From the NCBI GenBank assembly GCA_963762145.1, contig CAVXJS010000011.1, forward strand, positions 160,001-224,000: a stretch of 64,000 nt of DNA. Direction: 5' to 3'. The stretch is from an uncultured Candidatus Rokubacteria bacterium (lineage in GTDB: Bacteria; Methylomirabilota; Methylomirabilia; Rokubacteriales; CSP1-6). Shown piece by piece: positions 1-10,463 of the stretch. The translations under genes were made by a program, and so were the position numbers. The first letter of the stretch is position 1. Each line of letters opens with the position of its first letter. The notes beneath the pieces were generated by a model. The model made no database searches. It saw only the letters and a program-made list of their open reading frames with translations, and was not told where the DNA came from.

Positions 1-1158
1 AAGGGCGTGTTTCCCGGCCCCCAGCCGAACAAGCCCATCATCAACCCCAACGCCAAGCAGCAGTCGGAGACCACCATCTACAGCCTGGAGGGCAAGACGC
101 GGCCGGTCGAGTGGTGGGAGAGCCGCGCCCGCATCTCGAGCTACCAGAACAACCAGGGCTTCCAGGATCCGGTGGATCCCGGTTTCGACTTCGACGTTCC
201 CATCTTCTCGCAGGTGAACGTGGAGCGGCGGGAGGCGGAGTGGGTGAACTCGTTCCTCATCGGCAAGTGGAGCACCAGCAGCGTCGGGCTCGAGTATCGC
301 AAGGAGGAGGGCGACAACGTGCACCTCTTCCGTGACTCCACCGAGACCGGGTCGGTCTTCTTCGAGCAGCAGCTTCGCTTCTTCGAGCGGCTGTTCGTGA
401 CGGGCGGCTTCCGCGTGGAGGACAACGACGTGTGGGGGACCCAGACGACCGAGCGGGGCTCGGTGGCCTTCGTGATCCCGGAGACCGGGAGCCGCATTCG
501 CGGAAGCGCCGGGACCGGCTTCCGGGCCCCCACCTTCAACGACCTGTTCTTCCCCCAGTTCGGGAACCCGGACCTGGAGCCGGAGACCAGCCTGTCCTGG
601 GACGTCGGGATCGATCAGAAGCTCTGGAAGGGCCGGATCCGGCTCGGGCTCACCTACTTTCACAACAACTTCGACAACCTGATCACCTGCTGTATCCCGC
701 TCCCCACCGCCCCTTTCGGGGGGCCCTTCAACGTGGGCCGGGCGCGCAGCGAGGGGGTGGAGGTCACCGCCGAGGTGGACGTGCTGTCGAACCTGGTGGT
801 CTCGGCCAACTACACCTACACGAACAGCAAGAACCTCCAGACGGGGCGGCGGCTGCCGCGGGAGCCGGAGAACCGCTGGAACGTCGGCGTCACCTGGGAG
901 CCGATCCCGAAGCTCTCCCTGTTCACCCAGGTTCACGTGGAGTCCGGGCAGTTCGAGCCGTTCGGCGAGGTGTACACCGGCGGGTACACGCGGGTGGACG
1001 TCGGCGGGACGTGGCGGATCCTGGAGCGCTTCGGATGGCTCCAGAAGCTCGAGTTCACGACGCGCATCCAGAACGCGCTCAACGCCAGCTACTCCGAGGT
1101 GCGCGGCTTCCCCGCGCTCGGCATCAACGCCCTCGTGGGGCTCCGGGCCTCGTTCTAG
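1..1158 (+). CDS. TonB-dependent outer-membrane receptor, probably BtuB-like (5' end outside window)
   Basis: Barrel motifs GFRAPTFNDL and NPDLEPE, C-terminal Phe (GLRASF); first gene of a cobalamin operon. Confidence 0.85.
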   Translation, partial: KGVFPGPQPNKPIINPNAKQQSETTIYSLEGKTRPVEWWESRARISSYQNNQGFQDPVDPGFDFDVPIFSQVNVERREAEWVNSFLIGKWSTSSVGLEYRKEEGDNVHLFRDSTETGSVFFEQQLRFFERLFVTGGFRVEDNDVWGTQTTERGSVAFVIPETGSRIRGSAGTGFRAPTFNDLFFPQFGNPDLEPETSLSWDVGIDQKLWKGRIRLGLTYFHNNFDNLITCCIPLPTAPFGGPFNVGRARSEGVEVTAEVDVLSNLVVSANYTYTNSKNLQTGRRLPREPENRWNVGVTWEPIPKLSLFTQVHVESGQFEPFGEVYTGGYTRVDVGGTWRILERFGWLQKLEFTTRIQNALNASYSEVRGFPALGINALVGLRASF

Positions 1159-1165
1159 GGCACGC

Positions 1166-1819
1166 ATGATCGTCGGGGTCTCCGTCGAGGTCGGGAGCGA
1201 GGCGGTGGTGGTCCGAAGCGCGGCGCCGCTCCGCGTCCTGTCCTCGGCGGTGCACCTCGGCGGCTTCGCGCACGCCCGCGCGATCGTCAACCTGCACGTG
1301 AGCAAGAACGATCCCTGCGTGGACCCCGCGGGGATGATCGGGGATTTCGCCCGTCGCGCGGGCGTGCCGTCGCCGTGGGTCGGCCTGCTCACGGGCGCCC
1401 ACACCGAGCGCGCGACGCAGGCCGAGGAGTCCGCCGGCGGCTTCCACGCGCTGGCCGTGGTGACGGTGGGGCTCAGCAACCCGGTGGCCGCGGGCGCCTC
1501 GCCGGTCGCGACGTGGGCCGCGTCCACCATCAACACGATCGTGGTGGTGGGCGCGGATCCGGAGCCGGCCGCTCTCGTCAACGCGGTGATCACCGCGACG
1601 GAGGTCAAGGGGCTCGCCCTGCGCGAGGCCGGTTTGCTGGCCGACGGCGGCCGGGCCGCCAGCGGGACCTCCACCGACGCGGTGGTGATCGCCGCGACCG
1701 GCCGCGGACCCGCGGCGCGCTTCGGGGGCCCCGCGAGCGAGATGGGCTGGGTCGTGGCGCGCGCGGTGCGCGCGGCGCTCGATCGGGCCATCGCGGACTG
1801 GCAGGAGCGCCACCGGTGA
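1166..1819 (+). CDS. cbiZ: Adenosylcobinamide amidohydrolase CbiZ
   Basis: LSSA-x3-GG, GLLTGA, TVGLSN, TINTIV, ALVNAVITATEVK and SGTSTD motifs; B12 gene context. Confidence 0.85.
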   Translation: MIVGVSVEVGSEAVVVRSAAPLRVLSSAVHLGGFAHARAIVNLHVSKNDPCVDPAGMIGDFARRAGVPSPWVGLLTGAHTERATQAEESAGGFHALAVVTVGLSNPVAAGASPVATWAASTINTIVVVGADPEPAALVNAVITATEVKGLALREAGLLADGGRAASGTSTDAVVIAATGRGPAARFGGPASEMGWVVARAVRAALDRAIADWQERHR

Positions 1820-2673
1820 TCGCGCGGCTCGGAGGTGTCGTGCTGTCGGTGCTGCTGCACGGCGGGCTCATCGCCCTGCTGCTGGCCTGGTCCGCCGTCG
1901 ACTGGACGCGCCCGCTCTTCGTGGACCTCGTGGAGAACGCCGACACGCCCGGCTCGCCCGCCGCGGGTTCCTCGCCAGCGCCGGCCCCGCCCTCCGCGCC
2001 GCGCGCCAAGGGGACCGCGCCCGTCCCGTTGCGCAGCGCCGCCCGGCCCGCACCGATGCAGTCCGCGGCACCCTCTGCGCCGACTCCCTCGCCGGCGCCG
2101 CAGCCGGCGGAGGTCGCGGCGCCGGCGGCCCCATCGCCTCCGACGACACCCAACCTGGCGATCGAGCCGCCGGCGGCCCCACCGGACGCGGCCGCCCCGG
2201 CGCAGATCGCGTCCGGGCCGATCGCTCCGCCCGACGGCCGTGGCGCAGCGTCCGACAACGGCTCGAGCGCCGCCGCCGGGAGCGGAACCCGGACGCAGGG
2301 GGATGCTGACCGCGGATCGAGTGCCGGGCCCGGCTCGTCGGTCGCTCTCGCGGTCCCGGGAGCCGGCGGCTCTGGCGCCCCGCCGGCCGAGTACGGCTCG
2401 TATCTCCGGCAGTTCCGTCAGCGTGTCCAGGAGAGCCTCGTCTATCCGCTCGCGGCACGCCGCCAGGGGCTCCGGGGCACGGTGGAGCTGCACGTCTGGC
2501 TCGAGGCCACGGGCCGCGTGCGTGACGTCCAGGTCGTGCGCTCCTCGACGCACGACGTGCTGGACGACGCGGCGCTCGAGACCGTCCGCCGGCTCGGCCC
2601 CGTCCCGTTCCCCGAGTCGCTCCCGCGCCGGCCCCTGCTGATCCGGATCCCGCTCGTCTACGACCTGCGATGA
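1816..2673 (+). CDS. tonB: Energy transducer TonB
   Basis: GTG overlaps cbiZ stop; TM anchor SVLLH, Pro/Ala linker, C-terminal YPLAARRQG..GTV..G.V..V..SS..LD.AAL. Confidence 0.85.
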   Translation: MIARLGGVVLSVLLHGGLIALLLAWSAVDWTRPLFVDLVENADTPGSPAAGSSPAPAPPSAPRAKGTAPVPLRSAARPAPMQSAAPSAPTPSPAPQPAEVAAPAAPSPPTTPNLAIEPPAAPPDAAAPAQIASGPIAPPDGRGAASDNGSSAAAGSGTRTQGDADRGSSAGPGSSVALAVPGAGGSGAPPAEYGSYLRQFRQRVQESLVYPLAARRQGLRGTVELHVWLEATGRVRDVQVVRSSTHDVLDDAALETVRRLGPVPFPESLPRRPLLIRIPLVYDLR

Positions 2674-2680
2674 GCTGATC

Positions 2681-3616
2681 GTGACGCTGCTGGCTCTCGC
2701 GGTCGCGCTCGATCTCCTCGTCGGGGACCCGCCCAATCGCTGGCATCCGGTGGCGTGGATCGGCCGGCTCATCACGCTCGCCCGCGCGCGCGCGCCGCGC
2801 GCCCCGGACGACCTGGCGCTCTACGGCTCCTTCCTCATCTTGATCGTGGCCGGCCTGGCGGCGGGCGGCGCGCTGGTCGCGCAGGCCCTCCTGGGCGAGC
2901 TGCCCGGCACGGCCGCGCCGCTCGCCCAGGCGTGGCTGCTCAAGTGCAGCTTCTCGCTGAGCGGGCTCTTCGCCGCCGTCGAGATCGTGCGTGGGCATCT
3001 GGTCGCGGGGGACCTCGACGGCGCCCGGCGCCAGGTCGCCCGCCATCTCGTCAGCCGCGACACCGCCGCCCTCGACGAGGGCGCGGTCGCGTCCGCCGCG
3101 GTCGAGTCCCTCGCCGAGAACCTCACCGACAGCGTCGTCGCGCCCATCTGCTTCTACGTGGCGGGCGTGGCCCTGGGCGGTGTCGCGGGCGGCCTGGCGC
3201 TGGCGTGGGCCTATCGCGCGGTGAACACCGCCGACGCGATGATCGGCTACCGGCGCGACGAGCTGGAGTACCTCGGCCGCGCCACCGCGCGCACCGACGA
3301 CGTCGCCAACTACGTCCCGGCCCGGCTGGCCGCCGCCGCGCTCGTCGCGGGCGCGTGGCTCGCGCGGGCGTCGGCGGCGGGCGCGGCGCGCGTGCTGCGC
3401 CGCGACGGCCGCCGCACCGAGAGCCCGAATGGCGGCCTGACCATGGCCGCTATGGCCGGGGCGCTGGGCGTGACGCTCGAGAAGCGCGGGCTCTACCGCC
3501 TGGGCGATGGGCCGCCGCCCGATCCGGCCGCGATGGATCGCGCGATGGCAGTGGCGCGGTGGACGGGAGTGGTCTGCGTCGGGATCGCCGCGCTCGCCCT
3601 GGTCGCGCGCTCGTGA
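2681..3616 (+). CDS. cbiB: Adenosylcobinamide-phosphate synthase CbiB/CobD
   Basis: GDP..HPV, VSRDT, ESLAEN..D, YRAVNTADAMIGY, SPNGG motifs. Confidence 0.93.
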   Translation: MTLLALAVALDLLVGDPPNRWHPVAWIGRLITLARARAPRAPDDLALYGSFLILIVAGLAAGGALVAQALLGELPGTAAPLAQAWLLKCSFSLSGLFAAVEIVRGHLVAGDLDGARRQVARHLVSRDTAALDEGAVASAAVESLAENLTDSVVAPICFYVAGVALGGVAGGLALAWAYRAVNTADAMIGYRRDELEYLGRATARTDDVANYVPARLAAAALVAGAWLARASAAGAARVLRRDGRRTESPNGGLTMAAMAGALGVTLEKRGLYRLGDGPPPDPAAMDRAMAVARWTGVVCVGIAALALVARS

Positions 3617-5091
3617 GCCGCGGGCGCGCCCGGGCCATCATGCTGCAGGCCACCGGCTCGCACGCGGGCAAGACCGTGCTGGTCGCGGGCCTGTGCCGGC
3701 TCCTGGCCCGTCGCGGCCTCCGCGTGCGGCCGTTCAAGTCGCAGAACATGTCGCTCAACGCTCACGTCGCGGCGGACGGCGGGGAGATGGGCTGGGCGCA
3801 GGTGATGCAGGCCGAGGCCGCGGGCGTCCCGGCCCGCGTGGAGATGAACCCCATCCTGCTCAAGCCGCGCGCGGAGGCGCGCAGCCAGGTCGTGCTTCTC
3901 GGCCGGGTGCTCCGGGAGGCGGATGCGGTCGGCTACTACCGGCTGACGCCGCGGCTCTGGCCGGCGGTGCGGCGGAGCTACGAGACGCTGGCGCGCGAGG
4001 CCGACGTCGTCGTGATCGAGGGAGCGGGGAGTCCGGCCGAGCCCAACCTGATGCGGCGCGACCTGGCCAACATGCGCGTGGCGCGCCTGGCCCGCGCGCC
4101 GGTCCTGCTCGTCGGCGACATCGACCGCGGCGGCGTGTTCGCGAGCCTGCTCGGGACCATGGCGCTGCTGCCGCGCGCCGACCGGCTGCGGGTGCGCGGG
4201 TTCCTGATCAACAAGTTCCGGGGCGACGCCTCGCTGCTCCGGCCGGCGCTGCGTGATCTCGTCCACCGCACGCGCGTGCCCGTCGTCGGGGTGATGCCCT
4301 TTCTCCCGCGCCTCGGCCTGCCCGAGGAAGACTCGGTCGCGCTCGACGCCGCCCCGCCGCCCGCGCGCGGCGGACTGCGGGTGGCGGTGCTGCGCCTGCC
4401 TCACCTCGCCAACTTCACCGATTTCACTCCGCTCGAGACCGAGCCGGGCGTGGATCTGGTCTACGCCGAGGAGCCGGCCGCCCTCGCGGGCGCGGCGCTG
4501 CTGGTCCTGCCCGGCTCCAAGGACACCATCGCCGATCTGCGCGCGCTCAAGGCACGGGGACTGGCCGCCGCCGTCCTGGACCACCGCGCGCGGGGCGGTC
4601 TCGTGCTGGGCATCTGCGGCGGCTACCAGATGCTCGGCCACGGGGTCACCGATCCGCACGGGGTCGAGAGCGGAGGCGAGGAACCCGGGCTCGGGCTCCT
4701 GCCGGTGCGGACCATGCTCGGACGCGACAAGGTCACCCGCCGCGTGCGCGCGCGGTGGCGGCCCGACGGCCCGGGCTTCGAGGCCTACGAGATCCACGTC
4801 GGAGAGACCGTGGCCGAGGGGCGTGACCGGCCACTCCTCGAGGTGGACGGTCGGCCCGAGGGCTGCGCCTCCGACGACGGGCGCGTGTGGGGCACGCATC
4901 TGCACGGGCTCTTCGAGTCCGGCCCGGCCCGGCGCCACGTGCTGGACTGGGCGCAGCGCGCGCCCGCCCCCGCATCGGCGCCCGCGCCGGCCGATCACCG
5001 CGTGCGGCGCGAGGCGGCCTACGATCGCCTCGCGGACGCGCTCGACGCCGCGCTCGATCCACGCGTGCTGAGCGACCTCGGCGTCTCGTAA
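3613..5091 (+). CDS. cobQ: Cobyric acid synthase CobQ/CbiP
   Basis: GSHAGKT, PFKSQNMSLN, MNPILLKP, EGAGSPAE, DIDRGG, NFTDF, GICGGYQMLG; GTG overlaps cbiB stop. Confidence 0.95.
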   Translation: MSRGRARAIMLQATGSHAGKTVLVAGLCRLLARRGLRVRPFKSQNMSLNAHVAADGGEMGWAQVMQAEAAGVPARVEMNPILLKPRAEARSQVVLLGRVLREADAVGYYRLTPRLWPAVRRSYETLAREADVVVIEGAGSPAEPNLMRRDLANMRVARLARAPVLLVGDIDRGGVFASLLGTMALLPRADRLRVRGFLINKFRGDASLLRPALRDLVHRTRVPVVGVMPFLPRLGLPEEDSVALDAAPPPARGGLRVAVLRLPHLANFTDFTPLETEPGVDLVYAEEPAALAGAALLVLPGSKDTIADLRALKARGLAAAVLDHRARGGLVLGICGGYQMLGHGVTDPHGVESGGEEPGLGLLPVRTMLGRDKVTRRVRARWRPDGPGFEAYEIHVGETVAEGRDRPLLEVDGRPEGCASDDGRVWGTHLHGLFESGPARRHVLDWAQRAPAPASAPAPADHRVRREAAYDRLADALDAALDPRVLSDLGVS

Positions 5092-5174
5092 GCGCCCGAA
5101 TATTCTTCCTTCGCCCGAAGGCCGGGGGGTATCATTCTCTATCGCCGCCGTGAGCAGCGCGGCATTCTCTGTCT

Positions 5175-6857
5175 TTGAACATCACCGATCATCTGACGGA
5201 CGCATTGAGGCACGCGCTCGACGCCGCCGGATTGCCCGCACCCCCCGAGGTGCAGTGGGAAATCCCGCGCGAAGCGCGGCACGGCGACTATGCGACCAAT
5301 GCCGCGATGGCGCTGGCGCGTGAGGCCCGCCGTCCGCCGCGCAAGATCGCGGAGGCGGTGGTGGCCAATTTCCCGAAATCGGAGGCCGTCCAGCGCCTGG
5401 AGATCGCGGGCCCCGGCTTCCTGAACGTCTTCCTCTCGCCGCGCTGGTGCGCGGCCGGGCTCCACCAGGTGCTCGCGGCGGGCGCGGAGTACGGCCGGTC
5501 CGACGCGGGCAAGGGCATGGGCGTGCTCCTCGAGTTCGTCTCGGCCAATCCGACCGGCCCGCTCGTGATCGTCAACGCGCGCGCGGCCGCGGTGGGCGAC
5601 GCGCTCGCGCGCATCTTCCGGAGCCAGGGCTACCGCGTCGAGTCGTGGTACTACGTCAACGACGCGGGCAATCAGTTCCTCGCCCTGGCGCGCTCGGTGG
5701 ACGTGCGGCTGCGGCAGGCGCTGGGCGAGGCGGCGGAGCTGCCCGAGAACTCGTACCCCGGCGAGTACGTGATCGACATGGTGGCGGAGTGGCTGGCCCG
5801 GGACCCGCAGGGGATGCGCGCGCTCGCCGCGCGGCCGGACGCGGAGCGGATCGAGCGCCTCGGGCGCCTCGCGGTCGACGCGATGGTGGAGAGCCAGCGG
5901 CGCGTGCTCGAGGCCTATGGCACGCGCTTCGACCGCTGGGCCCACGAGCAGCGCGACGTGCGCGACGTGGCTCGCCCCGAGGCCGCGATCGAGGCGCTGA
6001 CCGCGGCGGGCCACACCTACGAGCAGGACGGGGCGCTCTGGTTCCGCTCCACCGCGTTCGGCGACGACAAGGACCGGGTGCTGCGGAAGTCGGACGGGGA
6101 GCTGACCTACTTCGCGGTGGACATCGGCTTCCATCACTTCGAGAAGTTCCTGCGGGGCGACCACGTCATCAACTTCCTGGGGCCCGATCACCACGGCTAC
6201 GTGGAACGCATGCGCGCGGCGATGCGGGCGCTCGGCCACGCGCCCGAGCGCTTCGACGTGCTGATCGTCCAGCTCGTGACGCTGCTCCGCGACGGCCAGC
6301 CGGTGCGGATGTCCAAGCGCCGCGGCGAGTTCGTGCTGATGGAGGAGCTGCTGGAGGAGGTGGGCCGCGACGCGGCGCGCTTCACCTTCCTGACCCGGCG
6401 GCACGACAGCCCGCTCGAGTTCGACCTCGCGGTCGCCACGCGGCAGTCCTCCGACAACCCGGTGTTCTACGTGCAGTACGCCCACGCGCGCGTCGCCAGC
6501 CTCTTCCGGACCGCGGCGGAGCAGGGGGTGACGGTGCCGCCCTGGGCGGAGGTGGACTTCTCCCCGCTCGCGCTCGACGAGGAGCAGGCGCTCATCAAGC
6601 GGCTCCTGCAATACCCCGAGCTGGTGGCCGGCGCGGCGCGGGCCCGCGAGCCGCATCGCGTCGCCTATTATCTCAGCGAGCTGGCCGGGATCTTCCACCC
6701 GTACTACAAGGCCCATCGCGTGATCGTGTCGGACCGCGCGACGACCGTGGCGCGCCTGGGCCTCTGCGCCGCGGTGGGCCAGGTGGTCCGCAACGGCCTC
6801 GACCTCCTGGGCGTCTCCGCGCCCGACCGCATGAGCCGCGGCGAGGAGCGCGACTGA
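5175..6857 (+). CDS. argS: Arginine--tRNA ligase
   Basis: HGDYATN, GPGFLN, EFVSANPTGP, MSKRRG, NPVFYVQYAHAR; TTG start. Confidence 0.95.
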   Translation: MNITDHLTDALRHALDAAGLPAPPEVQWEIPREARHGDYATNAAMALAREARRPPRKIAEAVVANFPKSEAVQRLEIAGPGFLNVFLSPRWCAAGLHQVLAAGAEYGRSDAGKGMGVLLEFVSANPTGPLVIVNARAAAVGDALARIFRSQGYRVESWYYVNDAGNQFLALARSVDVRLRQALGEAAELPENSYPGEYVIDMVAEWLARDPQGMRALAARPDAERIERLGRLAVDAMVESQRRVLEAYGTRFDRWAHEQRDVRDVARPEAAIEALTAAGHTYEQDGALWFRSTAFGDDKDRVLRKSDGELTYFAVDIGFHHFEKFLRGDHVINFLGPDHHGYVERMRAAMRALGHAPERFDVLIVQLVTLLRDGQPVRMSKRRGEFVLMEELLEEVGRDAARFTFLTRRHDSPLEFDLAVATRQSSDNPVFYVQYAHARVASLFRTAAEQGVTVPPWAEVDFSPLALDEEQALIKRLLQYPELVAGAARAREPHRVAYYLSELAGIFHPYYKAHRVIVSDRATTVARLGLCAAVGQVVRNGLDLLGVSAPDRMSRGEERD

Positions 6858-6858
6858 C

Positions 6859-7668
6859 ATGGCTTCCTCGGCGCGGCGGCGGGCGGGCGGCGCCCCGGGC
6901 GGGGCCCAGTGGATCGCGCTCGGCGGGTCCGTGCTGGTCATCCTGGGCCTCACGTTCGCGCTCGGGCTGCTGGTCGGTCGCCAGTGGGCGCGCCAGCCGG
7001 CCACCTCGGTGGTCGCGGGCGTCACGGACGCCGCCAAGAAGCCCGCCGCGTCCCCGCGCCGCAGCGGCATCGCGGCCGAGACCATGGCCGATCGCGCGCC
7101 CGAGTCCACCGAGAAGCTCACGTTCTACAAGACGCTGACCGAGCCGCTCGACGGACCCGGCGCCGCGCCGAAGCCCGAGGCGAAGTCGGTTGCGGTCAAG
7201 ATCCCGCCCGCCACACCCTCGAGCCTGCCGCCGCCGGCACCCGCGCCTCCGGCGGCCGCAGCCAGGCCCGCGCCCGCCCCGACGCCTCCGGCCGCTCAGC
7301 CCTCACTGCCCCCACCTCCCGGCAAGACTGCGGACGGGGGGAGTGCGGGGGCCATTTCTGGGCCCCCGCATTCAAACAATGCCTCAGCGAGCGCTCCAGT
7401 CAGCGCGTCCGCTAGCCCGTCCGCGAGCCCATCCACCCCGTACACCATCCAGGTCGGCGCCTACAAGAACCGCCGCCAGGCCGACGAGTCGCGGCAGCAG
7501 CTCGCCAGCGCCGGGCTGGACGCCTACGTGGTCGCCCTGACCGCGCAGGAAGGGGTGGCCCGCTACCGGGTGCGCGTCGGCACCTACCGGTCCCGCGAGG
7601 AGGCGGTCTCGGCCGCCGAGCGGATCCGGGCGCAGCGCTCGCTGCCCACGTTCGTCACGCCCAAGTAG
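6859..7668 (+). CDS. SPOR-domain cell division protein (FtsN/DedD-like)
   Basis: N-terminal TM, LTFYKTL motif, Pro-rich linker, C-terminal YTIQVGAY...YRVRVG; follows argS as is typical. Confidence 0.85.
   Translation: MASSARRRAGGAPGGAQWIALGGSVLVILGLTFALGLLVGRQWARQPATSVVAGVTDAAKKPAASPRRSGIAAETMADRAPESTEKLTFYKTLTEPLDGPGAAPKPEAKSVAVKIPPATPSSLPPPAPAPPAAAARPAPAPTPPAAQPSLPPPPGKTADGGSAGAISGPPHSNNASASAPVSASASPSASPSTPYTIQVGAYKNRRQADESRQQLASAGLDAYVVALTAQEGVARYRVRVGTYRSREEAVSAAERIRAQRSLPTFVTPK
7336..7372 (+). repeat. REP-like palindromic element, copy 1 (in frame inside SPOR gene)
   Basis: GGGGGAGTGCGGGGGCCATTTCTGGGCCCCCGCAT; 10-bp perfect stem, 7-nt loop; recurs at 10232 and 10345. Confidence 0.85.
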
Positions 7669-7673
7669 CGCCC

Positions 7674-7777
7674 GTGAATGGCGAGGCGCAGCCCAAGGCG
7701 AGCCGAGCGGATATGGTGTGGGAGGCGAGGGGGTGAGTGGCGAGGCGCAGCCCAAGGCGAGCCGAGCGGATATGGTG
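7674..7777 (+). repeat. Direct repeat, 2 x 45 bp (1 mismatch), period 59 bp
   Basis: GTGA(A/G)TGGCGAGGCGCAGCCCAAGGCGAGCCGAGCGGATATGGTG at 7674-7718 and 7733-7777. Confidence 0.9.
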
Positions 7778-8311
7778 GACCGGCGCATCGGACGCATCCT
7801 GATCTCTCGCGACGAGATCTCGGCCCGCGTGAGCGAGCTGGGGGAGGCCATCGGCCGGGACTACGCGGGGCGGTCGCCGGTGCTGGTCGGCGTGCTCAAG
7901 GGCGCGGTGGTCTTCACGGCCGATCTCCTGCGGGCCATCCCGCTGCCGGCCGCGATGGACTTCATGGCGGTGTCCTCCTACGGCTCGGGTACCCGCTCCT
8001 CGGGCGTGGTGCGCCTCACCGCCGACCTGTCGCTCTCCATCGAGGGGCGGGACGTGATCATCGTGGAGGACGTCATCGACTCGGGCCGGACCATCAGCTA
8101 CCTGCGCCGCAACCTGGCCACCCGGCATCCCAGGAGCCTGGCGCTCTGCGGGCTGCTGGACAAGGTCTCCCGCCGCGAGGTGGACGTGGACGTGGACTAC
8201 GTGGGCTTCGTGATCCCGGACGAGTTCGTGGTGGGTTACGGCCTCGACTTCGACGGCCGGCATCGGGAGCTGCCCGATCTGGCCGTCCTGGAGCCCTTGA
8301 CGCCCTCGTGA
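7772..8311 (+). CDS. hpt: Hypoxanthine phosphoribosyltransferase
   Basis: [26 protein letters not shown] loop, FVVGYGLD. Confidence 0.95.
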   Translation: MVDRRIGRILISRDEISARVSELGEAIGRDYAGRSPVLVGVLKGAVVFTADLLRAIPLPAAMDFMAVSSYGSGTRSSGVVRLTADLSLSIEGRDVIIVEDVIDSGRTISYLRRNLATRHPRSLALCGLLDKVSRREVDVDVDYVGFVIPDEFVVGYGLDFDGRHRELPDLAVLEPLTPS

Positions 8312-8349
8312 TCCGGGGTGGGCCGGCCCCCGCAACCCCTCGCGGCGTA

Positions 8350-8358
8350 TGGTATGAT
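8350..8358 (+). promoter_or_regulatory. Extended -10 element (TG-G-TATGAT), probable leaderless ftsH promoter
   Basis: 7 nt before ATG 8366; no Shine-Dalgarno sequence. Confidence 0.55.
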
Positions 8359-8365
8359 CCCCCCT

Positions 8366-10178
<1,813 letters not shown>

Positions 10179-10231
10179 CGGCCTGACGGAGCCACGCGGG
10201 CTGTCCGCCGAGCGCGGACTGTCCGCGGCCT

Positions 10232-10380
10232 GGGGGAGTGCGGGGCCATGTCTGGGCCCCCGCATTAGAAAAAGGGGCGGGTTCGTAAGTCAGCCCTCGC
10301 GGAAGGCCTCCGCGGACTCTGGTTTACCTCCTCAAACTTTCCATATGCGGGGGCCCAGAAATGGCCCCCGCACTCCCCCA
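10232..10380. repeat. Inverted pair of REP-like elements (10232-10266 + and 10345-10380 -)
   Basis: Copy 3 is the reverse complement of copy 1 at 7336; copy 2 differs by about 2 nt; flanked by CGCGGAC..GTCCGCG mini-hairpins. Confidence 0.85.
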
Positions 10381-10463
10381 ACGCGCGGACTGCGTCCGCG
10401 CCCAATTTCCGGCTCCCGCGGGCGCCGGGTGCGGTGATAAGTTAGTCGTGGAGCAATCCCCCT

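Noticed and set aside
7674-7777. Possible mini CRISPR array
   Set aside because: Only two 45-bp units with a 14-nt spacer, no cas genes and no leader
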